From Porphyromonadaceae bacterium UBA4262 (GTDB lineage: Bacteria > Bacteroidota > Bacteroidia > Bacteroidales > Muribaculaceae), in NCBI GenBank assembly GCA_002396085.1, contig DGWI01000042.1, positions 28,150 through 60,149 on the forward strand: a stretch of 32,000 nucleotides of DNA. Direction: 5' to 3'. The stretch's first letter is position 1. Every line of letters starts with the position of its first letter. A program made the translations under genes and the position numbers. Positions 15,466 through 25,004 of the stretch are shown piece after piece. The notes beneath the pieces are model-generated. The model searched no databases and was not told the DNA's origin. It saw only the letters and a program-made list of their open reading frames with translations.

Positions 15466-17499
15466 CTAATTTTTGAGGAATTTTCTGACTTTTTCGGCCA
15501 CATTTTGGGGCGTAAAGCCAAATTTCTCGTCCAGCACCTTATATGGAGCCGATGCTCCGAAATGATCCAGCCCTACAACCTCGCCACAAGGAACAATGCG
15601 CCTCAATGTTGACGGCAGTCCTACTGTGAGACCAAATGTAGGAACGCCATCAGGCAACACCTGCTTGCGATAGTCCTCATCTTGTTCAAGGAACAAACCT
15701 ATCGAGGGCACCGATACAACCTGTGCCTTGATGCCATCTTGGGCAATGATATCAGCTGTTGCTACAAGAGTGGCCACTTCCGACCCGTTAGCAACAAGAA
15801 TGACATCGGGGTTCTCCACCTTATTTATTATATAGCCGCCTTTCATGGCTTGTAGAGCATCCTGGTAGCGGTTGCCACTGGCACTGGGCAAGTCGTCAAC
15901 ATTCTGGCGCGACAGGATCAAGGCCGTGGGCGTAGAATTATTCTCCATGGCCATGCGCCATGCTACTGTAGTCTCGGCTGCATCGGCCGGACGAAGCACG
16001 AGCATACTGTTGCGCCCTGCATGGTTCTTGAGTTCCTCCATGAGACGAATCTGGGCTTCTTGCTCAACCGGCTCATGAGTAGGCCCATCCTCGCCCACAC
16101 GGAATGCATCATGTGTCCACACAAACTTGACCGGCAACTGCATCAATGCCGACAGACGTACAGCAGGCTTCATGTAGTCGCTGAACACAAAGAATGTGCC
16201 ACAAGCCGCAATCACACCACCATGCAGTGCCATGCCGTTGATAATAGCAGTCATGGCCAGCTCAGACACTCCCGCATGCAAGAAGGCACCCTTGAAGTCG
16301 TGACGGGCAAATGCCCCAGTCACCTTGAGGAATGCGTCAGTTTTGTCACTATTTGCCAAGTCGGCGCTAGCAACGATCATATTGCCGACCTGCTGCCCCA
16401 GAGCCTTGAGAACATCGGCACTGGCTGCACGCGTCGCAATGCCAGGCTTGTGTTCAATAGCGGCATAGTCAACATTGGGCACCACACCATCAATATAGTT
16501 CTGCAATTGCTTGGCCTGTTCTGGATTGGCCTCGCACCATTCCTTCTGTTCTGCTCTGCGCTGGGCAACAATCTGACGCAACTGCTGCATGCGATCGGCA
16601 TAGAGTTGTTGAACGGCTGGGAAGATTGCCCAAGGATCCTTGACATTGCCACCCAAATTGGAAACCGTCTTGGCGTAGTCGGCTCCACTCTTGCTGATGG
16701 GCTGTCCGTGTGTGCTGCACTGGCCTTCGAAGTTCTTTCCGTCAGAAGTCACGCATCCACGCCCCATGATGGTGCGTCCGATGATGATGGTGGGACGTTC
16801 CTTCTCGGCTTGCGCCATCTCCAGTGCTCCTGCGATGGCTACAGCATCCGACCCATTAATCTCAATGACATTCCAGTTCCAAGCCCGATATTTCAGTGTG
16901 GTATTCTCGTTACTAACCGCATCACAGTCAGTTGACAGTTGAACACGATTGCTATCGTAGAACATAATAAGGTTGCTCAAGCCCAGGTAACCGGCGATGC
17001 GCGCTGCCTCTTGTGAGATTCCTTCCTGTATGCCGCCGTCGCTGATGAATGCATAAGTTTTGTGAGCCCAAACCTCTCCAAAACGCGCCGCGATGAAGCG
17101 TTCGGCGATTGCTGCACCGACAGCCATGACATGTCCCTGCCCAAGTGGCCCACTCGTATTCTCCACACCCCTGTCAACATCCACCTCGGGATGGCCTGGA
17201 GTAACACTACCCCACTGGCGGAATGCCTTCAGGTCGTCGGTTGAATACTTGCCCATGAGGTGCAGCACACTGTAGAGCATGGGTGACATGTGTCCGGGAT
17301 CGAGGAAGAAGCGGTCGCGAGCAAACCATCTAGGATCGTCGGGATCGGTGACCAAAAACTTGGAGTACAACACGTTGGCGAAGTCTGCTCCGCCCATTGC
17401 ACCGCCGGGATGTCCCGACTTTGCGTTCTCAACCATTGTCGCGGCCAAGATGCGAATGTTGTTGGCCGCACGGTTCATCAATATCTGATTAATAGCCAT
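15466..17499 (-). CDS. tkt: Transketolase
   Basis: 677 aa. It contains SGHPGGAMGGADF, the ThDP motif region GPLGQGHVMAVGAA and ISDGGIQEGIS, and GEDGPTHEPVEQ. Confidence 0.95.
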   Translation of the reverse strand: MAINQILMNRAANNIRILAATMVENAKSGHPGGAMGGADFANVLYSKFLVTDPDDPRWFARDRFFLDPGHMSPMLYSVLHLMGKYSTDDLKAFRQWGSVTPGHPEVDVDRGVENTSGPLGQGHVMAVGAAIAERFIAARFGEVWAHKTYAFISDGGIQEGISQEAARIAGYLGLSNLIMFYDSNRVQLSTDCDAVSNENTTLKYRAWNWNVIEINGSDAVAIAGALEMAQAEKERPTIIIGRTIMGRGCVTSDGKNFEGQCSTHGQPISKSGADYAKTVSNLGGNVKDPWAIFPAVQQLYADRMQQLRQIVAQRRAEQKEWCEANPEQAKQLQNYIDGVVPNVDYAAIEHKPGIATRAASADVLKALGQQVGNMIVASADLANSDKTDAFLKVTGAFARHDFKGAFLHAGVSELAMTAIINGMALHGGVIAACGTFFVFSDYMKPAVRLSALMQLPVKFVWTHDAFRVGEDGPTHEPVEQEAQIRLMEELKNHAGRNSMLVLRPADAAETTVAWRMAMENNSTPTALILSRQNVDDLPSASGNRYQDALQAMKGGYIINKVENPDVILVANGSEVATLVATADIIAQDGIKAQVVSVPSIGLFLEQDEDYRKQVLPDGVPTFGLTVGLPSTLRRIVPCGEVVGLDHFGASAPYKVLDEKFGFTPQNVAEKVRKFLKN

Positions 17500-17602
17500 A
17501 AATAAAAGACACTATGATTCAAGGCACGAAGATACAAAAATAAAGTCAATCACACAAGCACTTTGGGCAAAAAAACGAAAAAAATGCCCAACAACACAAA
17601 AA

Positions 17603-17630
17603 TGCCCGCTCCAGCAGACTGGAGCGGGCA
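17603..17630 (-). terminator. Rho-independent terminator of the MFS transporter gene
   Basis: Perfect 12-bp stem TGCCCGCTCCAG / CTGGAGCGGGCA with a 4-nt loop. On the minus strand it is followed by TTTTTGTGTTGTT. Confidence 0.8.
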
Positions 17631-17670
17631 CTGATATGGAGCGGGGTGTTGTTGAAACGCCCTCTAAATC

Positions 17671-18990
17671 TTAATCAACAGGAATATCCTCATTCACATT
17701 CTTGCAACCCGAGAGGGCGTAGAAGAGCAGATATCCAAGTCCCAGCAGAGGAACGATATAAGAGAACATGTAGCCCACACTACTGTCGGCGATTGCGTTC
17801 TGCACCAATGGGAGCACACCGCCTCCAACAACCATCATCATGAAAATACCCGATGCTGCAGCCGTATACTTGCCCAGTCCCTCGGTGGCCAGATTGAAGA
17901 TGCTCGACCACATGACTGAAGTACAAAGACCGCACAACACCAGTAACACAGCGCATACGGGCACCGTCTCCATGCCGAAGCCTTTGCCCGTGAACACCGG
18001 CATCGACATTGTTGCTTCTTTACCTAACGACATAGCCAACAAAATAAGGAGGATACCTGCACACGAGACAACAATCATCATCGTCTTACTCGACACCTTG
18101 CCTGCAATAGCACCACCAATGATGCGGCCCACAAGCATGAGGAACCAATAGGTACCTGCTACCAATCCACCAATGGCTGCAGCGTTAGCCAACAGTCCTG
18201 CCCCCTTCTCGGTTGTATCACTCAGGTAAAAATTGAGAGTGCCCGGGATACCAACCTCAATGCCGACGTAGATAAAGATACCAATAGCACCCAACACAAA
18301 ATGACGGAAGTTCCAAGGCGAGTGCTCAAACTTAGTCTCGGATGTGACTCGTCCAATCTCGGGCTCCTTGATGGGCACGAGTGCCAAAACAACAAATGCC
18401 ACAGCAAAGACAGCCATTGCGATATAAAGCACCAAGTTAATATCCTGGAAGTCTGACTCACGAGTCATCTCACCAATGAGCGCACCGACAAACATGGGAG
18501 TGAGTGTACCGGCCAGCGAATTGAACGTACCACCAATCATATTGAGCTGGTTGCCACGGTTGCCACCACCACCCAACAGGTTAAGCATGGGATTGACCAC
18601 CGTGTTGAGCAAACACACCGATAGACCTGAGATGAAGGCACCCAACAGATAAATGACGTTGTCGCTGTAACCCTCAAGTGCCTCAAAGCCAGAGATGAAC
18701 TGCACCATCACGCCAATGAGTCCCAATCCTATACCCATCAAGGCAGTCTTTTTATAACCGATGCGCATCAGCATCTTACCTGCAGGGATACCCATGAACA
18801 GATAAGCAAAGAAATTCATGAAGTTACCCATCATGGCCAGGAAGTTAGATCCTCCCACCTCAGGGTCATTCTTCATCACTACACCAATCGGAGCCGCCAG
18901 ATTGGTCACAAATGAAATCATTGCATAGAGAAACATCATCGTCACAATGGCGATAATGCTTCCATTTGATTTGTTTTGAGTTTGAGTCAT
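17671..18990 (-). CDS. Sugar MFS transporter (FucP/GluP glucose-galactose-fucose:H+ symporter family)
   Basis: 439 aa with 12 predicted helices. The N-terminal region IIAIVTMMFLYAMISFVTNLAAP...FFAYLFMGIPAGKMLMRIGYKK is typical of this family. Confidence 0.85.
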   Translation of the reverse strand: MTQTQNKSNGSIIAIVTMMFLYAMISFVTNLAAPIGVVMKNDPEVGGSNFLAMMGNFMNFFAYLFMGIPAGKMLMRIGYKKTALMGIGLGLIGVMVQFISGFEALEGYSDNVIYLLGAFISGLSVCLLNTVVNPMLNLLGGGGNRGNQLNMIGGTFNSLAGTLTPMFVGALIGEMTRESDFQDINLVLYIAMAVFAVAFVVLALVPIKEPEIGRVTSETKFEHSPWNFRHFVLGAIGIFIYVGIEVGIPGTLNFYLSDTTEKGAGLLANAAAIGGLVAGTYWFLMLVGRIIGGAIAGKVSSKTMMIVVSCAGILLILLAMSLGKEATMSMPVFTGKGFGMETVPVCAVLLVLCGLCTSVMWSSIFNLATEGLGKYTAAASGIFMMMVVGGGVLPLVQNAIADSSVGYMFSYIVPLLGLGYLLFYALSGCKNVNEDIPVD

Positions 18991-19078
18991 TTTAGTCTAA
19001 TTATTTAATGATTAAAATTTCGGGGTGTAAAATTACTAAAAAAATTTCATCTGCCGTTTATTTTCGACAAAAAAGTCA

Positions 19079-19750
19079 TTAATACTGCCTTGGGCCAAAA
19101 ATTGCCGACCCTACTCGAACCAAGGTTGCGCCATGCTTGACAGCCAGTTGCCAATCATCGCTCATGCCCATACTGATCTGGTCGAACTCGTCATGGGCAC
19201 TGAAAAACTCTTCCTTGATCAAGCGGAACGTATCGCTAACCAACTGGAACTCACGTTCAATCTGAATCTGGTCATCAGTGTTGGTGGCCATGGCCATCAG
19301 TCCACGAATGCGAACATGTGGCAAGTCATTCAATTCGCCCACCGACAGCACCGAGAGCAGTTCGCCCGTGGCAAAGCCAGTCTTGGTGGTCTCGCGTGCC
19401 ACATGCAGTTGCAAGAGCACGTCCACCACTCGATCAATGCGTGCCGCCTCTTTCTCGACGGTGCGCAATAGTTTGACCGAATCTATGCTCTGAATCATGC
19501 TTACATGGGGCATTAGCATGCGCACCTTGTTGGTCTGCAAGTGCCCAATCATGTGCCACTGCACATCACCGGGTAGATGCGGTGCCTTGGCTACAAGTTC
19601 TTGCACGTGGTTCTCGCCGAAGATGCGCTGTCCTGCATCGTAGGCTTGCTGCAGCATTTCGACAGGATGATATTTAGACACAGCCACCAGGTTGACACCT
19701 AGTGGCAATTGCTGCTTGATTAGTTCAATTTTATCTGCTATATCACTCAT
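19079..19750 (-). CDS. yggS: YggS family pyridoxal-phosphate homeostasis protein
   Basis: Contains LVAVSKYHP (PLP lysine), FGENHVQE, HMIGHLQTNKV and LSMGMSDD. I prefer the ATG at 19750 (MSDIADK...); the ORF track starts at the GTG at 19756. Confidence 0.9.
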   Translation of the reverse strand: MSDIADKIELIKQQLPLGVNLVAVSKYHPVEMLQQAYDAGQRIFGENHVQELVAKAPHLPGDVQWHMIGHLQTNKVRMLMPHVSMIQSIDSVKLLRTVEKEAARIDRVVDVLLQLHVARETTKTGFATGELLSVLSVGELNDLPHVRIRGLMAMATNTDDQIQIEREFQLVSDTFRLIKEEFFSAHDEFDQISMGMSDDWQLAVKHGATLVRVGSAIFGPRQY

Positions 19751-19756
19751 AGACAC

Positions 19757-20236
19757 TTATTGCTGTTGTTCTTGAGCCTTCTTCTTGGCTTCCTTGTCGG
19801 CAAGAGTCTCGGTGAGGTTGGCCGAGAACACATCCATCAACATAGTCTCTGTGATACTTGCAATCTCAAAGTCGGCCATAGTATCCTTCATGCCCTCCAT
19901 AAACACATCCAGGGCTTCCTTAAAATCGCTAGCCTGAACCAGCTGGAACGATGCGGTCTTCTTTTCGACGGCAGTCTTCTCGTCAATGGTGATAAAGTTA
20001 GTCTTAACCTTGTACCAACGGTCTCCCGATTCGTTATAGAAAATGTCGCTCAAGTTGACACGACGCACAGCACTCACAGTAAACTCGCCCGAAATGTAGG
20101 GCTGCATCTCTTCGGTGATGCGAGCCTCGGCCTCGGTGAACGAGAGGGCATCAACCAGATAAGGTTCAGTAACAGTTTTCACAGCCCCAGTTTCGAGGGT
20201 CTTATCATATTTTACTTTACATTCAAACCACTGCAT
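19757..20236 (-). CDS. DUF4494 domain-containing protein
   Basis: 159 aa. MQWFECKVKYDKTLETGAVKTVTEPYLVDALSFTEAEARITEEM is the characteristic DUF4494 N-terminus, found only in Bacteroidota. Confidence 0.8.
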   Translation of the reverse strand: MQWFECKVKYDKTLETGAVKTVTEPYLVDALSFTEAEARITEEMQPYISGEFTVSAVRRVNLSDIFYNESGDRWYKVKTNFITIDEKTAVEKKTASFQLVQASDFKEALDVFMEGMKDTMADFEIASITETMLMDVFSANLTETLADKEAKKKAQEQQQ

Positions 20237-20284
20237 TTCTTTTCTAGTGAAGAATTAATAATAGATATTGAAATATTGTCTTTT

Positions 20285-21226
20285 TTAGACAAGTGTTTGT
20301 TTGGCAGCATAATATTGTGCGACAAGCTCGTCAAAGACTTCAGCAACCGTCTGTTGGGCACGCCCCTGCAACAACGATGCCACCTGTCCAATCTCGAGTT
20401 CGCCTGTATCAAGGTCACCCTCAAAGATGCCACGACGCGATGCACCAGTCCCGATGATGTCAAGCAGTTGCTGCTCGGTGGCACCATTATTCTCAGCTTG
20501 CTCAATGGCATCGAAAAATCCACCACGCACCAATCGTGTGGGTGAAAGTTTGCGAAGCAGCAACTTGGTGTCGCCCTCGTTCAGACTGAGGCATCGCTGC
20601 TTAAACGCATCACTGGCACTGCTCTCGACGGTGACAGCAAAACGTGTACCCATCTGGACACCTTCGGCTCCCAATACCTCCATAGCCAGGATAGCATCGC
20701 CCGTAGCGATTCCGCCAGCCGCAATCAGCGGCAGTGTGGTCGCCCTACGCACCGCAGGAATCAGGCACAACGTAGTTGTCTCCTCACGACCATTGTGACC
20801 TCCGGCTTCAAAACCTTCGGCTACAACCGCATCAACACCTGCCTCCTCGCACTTGCGTGCAAACACACTAGATGCCACCACATGAGCCACCTTGATGCCA
20901 CGCTCGTGCAGCCAACCAGTCCACTTCTTGGGACTGCCTGCACTGGTGAATACCACAGGTACCTCTTCGTCGGCAATCACTTCCATAATTTGTGCGGCAT
21001 CGGGCTTCATCAGTGGCACGTTCACGCCAAAGGGTTTGGTCGTGGCAGCCTTGCACTTTACTATGTGCTCGCGCAACACCTCGGGTGTCATCGACCCGGC
21101 TCCAATCAGGCCCAGTCCGCCAGCCTCACTGACCGCTGCGGCCAGTCGCCATCCGCTGCACCACACCATGCCACCTGCAATGATAGGTAACTCAATCCCA
21201 AAGAGTTCGGTTATTCTACTTTTCAT
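20285..21226 (-). CDS. NAD(P)H-dependent flavin oxidoreductase, nitronate monooxygenase / FabK-like family
   Basis: TIM-barrel FMN motifs are present: ELPIIAGGMVW, VAEGFEAGGH and IAAGGIATG. I prefer the ATG at 21226 (MKSRITELFG...) to the upstream start at 21286. Confidence 0.85.
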   Translation of the reverse strand: MKSRITELFGIELPIIAGGMVWCSGWRLAAAVSEAGGLGLIGAGSMTPEVLREHIVKCKAATTKPFGVNVPLMKPDAAQIMEVIADEEVPVVFTSAGSPKKWTGWLHERGIKVAHVVASSVFARKCEEAGVDAVVAEGFEAGGHNGREETTTLCLIPAVRRATTLPLIAAGGIATGDAILAMEVLGAEGVQMGTRFAVTVESSASDAFKQRCLSLNEGDTKLLLRKLSPTRLVRGGFFDAIEQAENNGATEQQLLDIIGTGASRRGIFEGDLDTGELEIGQVASLLQGRAQQTVAEVFDELVAQYYAAKQTLV

Positions 21227-21319
21227 GAGTTCTGTTTCTATTTTGAATTTGCACGCAAAGATAATACAAAATCTCCAAATGACCACTGCACATCTTTCGA
21301 AAAAAAACGAAAAAGGACA

Positions 21320-22300
21320 TTATCTAATGCCTGTTGCACGTAGCAGTTGGTCCGTAGTACTGTGGCAGCGACCATTGAGATTATATAAATACTCGTTAAC
21401 GTCAGTCGAAGCCATGTCGCGCACGCGGTCGAAACGCTCGGGGTGGAGGATGCGAGTGAACACGACGCGCTGGATGGCCGTTGGGTCACATGAACCGACA
21501 CAGTAGCCCATGTGGGCTGGATCATCGCCAGGGCCATTACTGCTCCAATAAATCACGCGCCCATCGGTGCTCATGCCCAGAAAGATAACACTATGTCCCG
21601 CCTCCTGCAAATGCCCCTTGACGCCGTCGTAACCAATGATAGCACCGCCATCATGACCTCGCGACTCATTACGGTTCCAGAAAATCTTCATCAGGTCACC
21701 GCGCACCGCCTGTCGCCAGATGGGGTGCGCCCGCCACTCGGCATCAGTGAGGTAACGCTCGGCGGGTGTCTCCTTGACCGTATCGTTTTTCGCTCCACGA
21801 AATGCCGTGATGCTGAAACCTGCATCCAGTTCATGAATCAACACTCCGAGCGAAGGTCCATTGGCATTGCATCGCCCCCAGAATCCCACGCCATCGTCCT
21901 GACCCAGACCATCGGGATTGAGTGAATCCTTGATGCCCACATAGGGCTTCATGTTGCGCCATGCATCGGGCGATATCAAGCCCGACTTGTCAAAATCGAG
22001 CAATGCCTGAATGAGCACGGCATAGGTTGCACTTGAACAAAACGAGGGTTGTGCTTGACTGGGGACGAAATGCGGCCTGCGGTCTCCAGGTTGCATCTGA
22101 AAAGCATCGTGCAGACCTCGCCATGTTGTCTTGGCAAAAGTCTCGTTTGGCCGTCCGCCTGTATAGTATCCGCCTCTAATTGGGAACTTGTCGATGGCGG
22201 CAATAATGGTGCGTTGCCACTGCCAGTTGACACGCCCCTGCGCATCAAGGTGGCACCAAGCCACAATACACAATATGAGTGAAATAATGATTTTTTTCAT
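21320..22300 (-). CDS. Secreted protein of unknown function
   Basis: Uses the ATG at 22300 (MKKIIISLILCIVAWCHLDAQG, a signal peptide) and encodes 326 aa. I recognise no family. Candidate catalytic residues are a Cys in QPSFCSSATY and a His in EAGHSVIFLG. Confidence 0.6.
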   Translation of the reverse strand: MKKIIISLILCIVAWCHLDAQGRVNWQWQRTIIAAIDKFPIRGGYYTGGRPNETFAKTTWRGLHDAFQMQPGDRRPHFVPSQAQPSFCSSATYAVLIQALLDFDKSGLISPDAWRNMKPYVGIKDSLNPDGLGQDDGVGFWGRCNANGPSLGVLIHELDAGFSITAFRGAKNDTVKETPAERYLTDAEWRAHPIWRQAVRGDLMKIFWNRNESRGHDGGAIIGYDGVKGHLQEAGHSVIFLGMSTDGRVIYWSSNGPGDDPAHMGYCVGSCDPTAIQRVVFTRILHPERFDRVRDMASTDVNEYLYNLNGRCHSTTDQLLRATGIR

Positions 22301-22341
22301 CGTGTTCTCCAAAATTTCTTGCAAAGTTACAAATGATTTAG

Positions 22342-22349
22342 TAATTTTG
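22342..22349 (+). promoter_or_regulatory. -7 promoter element TAATTTTG for yigZ
   Basis: Exact TAnnTTTG match 11 nt upstream of the ATG at 22360. A TTG lies about 20 nt further upstream. Confidence 0.5.
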
Positions 22350-22359
22350 CAAATTGAAT

Positions 22360-22956
22360 ATGGCAGATTTCTACAAGACACTCAAGGGGCAGTCTCAAGG
22401 GCTGTACAAGGAGAAAATGAGCAAGTTTATCTCCTTTGCAGAACCTGTGCAGAGTGCCGACGAAGCCAAGGCAGTTGTCAAAAGAATACAAAACGAATAT
22501 CACGATGCGCGTCATGTTTGCTGGGCCTACATGATAGGCACAGCGCGCAGCGAGTATCTGAGCAGTGACAACGGCGAGCCCAGTGGCACTGCCGGCAAGC
22601 CCATCTTGGGGCAGATCAACTCCTTCGGGCTGACCAATGTGGTGATCGCCGTGGTGCGCTACTTCGGTGGCATCAAACTGGGCACCAGCGGCCTGATTGT
22701 CGCTTATCGCGAGGCAGCCCGACTGGCGATTGAGGCTGGCGAAATCCTGGAATGCCACGAACAGGCGCAGTGCCGGTTCACCTTCCCCTACCTGTCGATG
22801 AACGACGTGATGCGGCTGTTGAAAAAGTGCGATGTGCGCATCGTCGAACAAACATTTGACAACGTGTGCTCAATGACCGTCGAGTGCGACGCCGACGCGA
22901 TGCCCAATCTGCGCCAACGTCTGGCCGACATTGACGGGACATCGATTGAAGACTAA
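22360..22956 (+). CDS. yigZ: YigZ / IMPACT family protein (UPF0029)
   Basis: Contains SKFISFA, HVCWAY, DNGEPSGTAGKPIL and VVRYFGGIKLG. I prefer the ATG at 22360 to the TTG at 22354. Confidence 0.85.
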   Translation: MADFYKTLKGQSQGLYKEKMSKFISFAEPVQSADEAKAVVKRIQNEYHDARHVCWAYMIGTARSEYLSSDNGEPSGTAGKPILGQINSFGLTNVVIAVVRYFGGIKLGTSGLIVAYREAARLAIEAGEILECHEQAQCRFTFPYLSMNDVMRLLKKCDVRIVEQTFDNVCSMTVECDADAMPNLRQRLADIDGTSIED

Positions 22957-22978
22957 GAACCCCAATAATTCAACTATC

Positions 22979-24217
22979 ATGAAACAATTGCGTACTTACC
23001 TATGCCTATTGATGTATCTGCTTGCCTTGTCGATCACGGCACAAGAGGCCGATGCGCTGACCTACATCATCAGCGGCGAAGTGCGCGACAACTCAAACGG
23101 CAAGAAACTCGAGAACGTCAACGTCACCGCTCCGCAACGACATCTGGCCACCGTGACTAACGCTGACGGACGGTTCACCCTCAAGACTGTGAGCCGTCCC
23201 GAGTATATCACCGTGTCGCATGTGGGCTATAAGACCCAGCGCATTGCACTCACTGGCAACAACTCGGGATTGAAGATCCGTCTGATTCCTGTGAATATCG
23301 TCCTTAAAGACATTGAGGTCACCAACCAAGATCCGCAAGTGCTGCTGGCCGAAGCCATCCATCACATTCCCGACAACTACTGCCAAAGCCCCGAATTGAT
23401 GCAATGTTTCTATCGCGAGACCGCCAAGAAGCGCAATAAGTTCATATCGGTGTCGGAAGCCGTGGTCGAACTCTACAAGACCTCCTATGAATACGGTCCC
23501 GCACCCGACCGTGTGACCATTGTCAAGGGGCGCTCGCTAGTCAGCCAGAAGTCAAGCGACACCCTGGGGCTGAGGATGCAGGGCGGCCCGACAGAGATTA
23601 TCTTTCTGGACGTAGTGAAAAACCGCGGATTGATTCTGGACAAGGACGAACTGACCCACTACCTTCTCAAGATGAGCGACCCTGTGACTATCAACGACCG
23701 CATGCAGTTTGTGGTCAAGGCTATCCCCAATGACGACATGCTGCCATACGCTCTGTATCATGCTACGTTCTACATCGACATGGAGACTCTTGCATTCACA
23801 CGGGCCGAACTGTCACTTGACATGCACGACAGCGACAAAGCCACCCGACTGATGCTGGTCAAGAAGCCCCGAGGGGTGCGATTCAAGCCCAAGGAATTGA
23901 CCCTGCTTGTCAACTACCGTCAAGACGAAGGCATGTCACACATCAGTTACATCCGCTCGACATTCCGCTTCAACTGCGACTGGAAGCGTCGCCTATTCTC
24001 GACGGGCTTCACGGCAGTCAACGAGATGGTTGTCACCGACCGCCAGCCCTGCGACAAGAATCCCATACCCCGCAAGGAATCCTTCGGGCAGCGCGACTCG
24101 TTCTCGCAGATGGTCAACAACTTCAACGATCCAGACTTCTGGAAGGACTACAACATCATCGAGCCTACCGAGAGCCTTGAAAAGGCCATCAACAAACTCA
24201 AGAAAACAAGGAAATAA
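22979..24217 (+). CDS. Carboxypeptidase-like regulatory domain-containing protein
   Basis: Starts at the ATG at 22979 and has a signal peptide (MKQLRTYLCLLMYLLALSITAQE). This is followed by ISGEVRDNSNGKKLENVNVTAP...TNADGRFTLK, typical of the CarboxypepD_reg fold. Confidence 0.7.
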   Translation: MKQLRTYLCLLMYLLALSITAQEADALTYIISGEVRDNSNGKKLENVNVTAPQRHLATVTNADGRFTLKTVSRPEYITVSHVGYKTQRIALTGNNSGLKIRLIPVNIVLKDIEVTNQDPQVLLAEAIHHIPDNYCQSPELMQCFYRETAKKRNKFISVSEAVVELYKTSYEYGPAPDRVTIVKGRSLVSQKSSDTLGLRMQGGPTEIIFLDVVKNRGLILDKDELTHYLLKMSDPVTINDRMQFVVKAIPNDDMLPYALYHATFYIDMETLAFTRAELSLDMHDSDKATRLMLVKKPRGVRFKPKELTLLVNYRQDEGMSHISYIRSTFRFNCDWKRRLFSTGFTAVNEMVVTDRQPCDKNPIPRKESFGQRDSFSQMVNNFNDPDFWKDYNIIEPTESLEKAINKLKKTRK

Positions 24218-24221
24218 AACA

Positions 24222-24950
24222 CTATCGCTCAGCGAACACTAGCCGCGAGCGAACATGGTCGGCACCGTCTGCCATGATATTGATGCGCCAGTCGTTGGGG
24301 CTCAACTCGCACATGCGCAGCACGGCATGCTCGCCATATCGCGTCTCCTTGACAAAAGCCATCTCAAGGCGACGAAGCCACTTGTTGTCATAATGCGACA
24401 AGTCAAATTGGTTCATCATCAGTTCAAGATATCGCACCGTGTTGACATGACGGTTGAAGTCACACTCGACATATCCAAAGTCATGCTCAATGTCACGCCC
24501 CTCGGCCAATGGACGCAGCCGACTGATAGGCTCGATGGGGCATGGCCTGTCATTAACATTGTCACGAATATAAGACAGACTGGCAATATCCACTCCTGTG
24601 CGCTTGTCCAGGTCAATAACCATCCAGATGGTGCGAGCAAAGCCTATGGGTCTACCCTCACCATCCTGCACCTCGAAATTTCGTTGTGAGAAGTGGCTGT
24701 TATAATCCTCAATCCATGTAATGAGCGTATAGTTCTCATCAACATGCGGCCAACGCATCATTTCGACTGTGACTCGAGACAATACCCATGCTTGCCGATT
24801 CTTAATCAGATGGGCGTAGCCCACCCCCCATGCGTTGGCATGATGTGTGGCCGTGTCAATGATGCGTGTAAGCAGCAGTGGCATGGGCAATTCGGCCTGC
24901 GGATTGCACTCGCCGGCACTCAGGTAGTATTTTCGTGAAAACTCTTTCAT
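24222..24950 (-). CDS. Acyl-[acyl-carrier-protein] thioesterase
   Basis: 242 aa with a double hot-dog pattern. YYLSAGECNPQAELPMPLLLTRIID..ATHHANAWG, AWVLSRVTVEM and DFNRHVNTVRYLE fit the Acyl-ACP_TE family. Confidence 0.85.
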   Translation of the reverse strand: MKEFSRKYYLSAGECNPQAELPMPLLLTRIIDTATHHANAWGVGYAHLIKNRQAWVLSRVTVEMMRWPHVDENYTLITWIEDYNSHFSQRNFEVQDGEGRPIGFARTIWMVIDLDKRTGVDIASLSYIRDNVNDRPCPIEPISRLRPLAEGRDIEHDFGYVECDFNRHVNTVRYLELMMNQFDLSHYDNKWLRRLEMAFVKETRYGEHAVLRMCELSPNDWRINIMADGADHVRSRLVFAER

Positions 24951-24954
24951 CTTG

Positions 24955-25000
24955 AATTAATTGAGAATTTACTTTAATTGAAAATTGAGAATTGAGAATT
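24955..25000 (-). repeat. AATT-at-7-nt-spacing array including AATTGAG AATTGAG AATT (AATTCTC units in the sense of the thioesterase gene)
   Basis: AATT occurs at 24966, 24976, 24983, 24990 and 24997. The array lies directly upstream of the ATG at 24948-24950. Confidence 0.8.
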
Positions 25001-25004
25001 ATGG

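Noticed and set aside
15339-15521. 60-aa minus-strand ORF across the ompA-tkt spacer.
   Set aside because: It overlaps the 3' end of tkt and runs through an AT-rich promoter and leader region holding the ompA -7 element (TATATTTG on the minus strand). Its composition is spacer-like.
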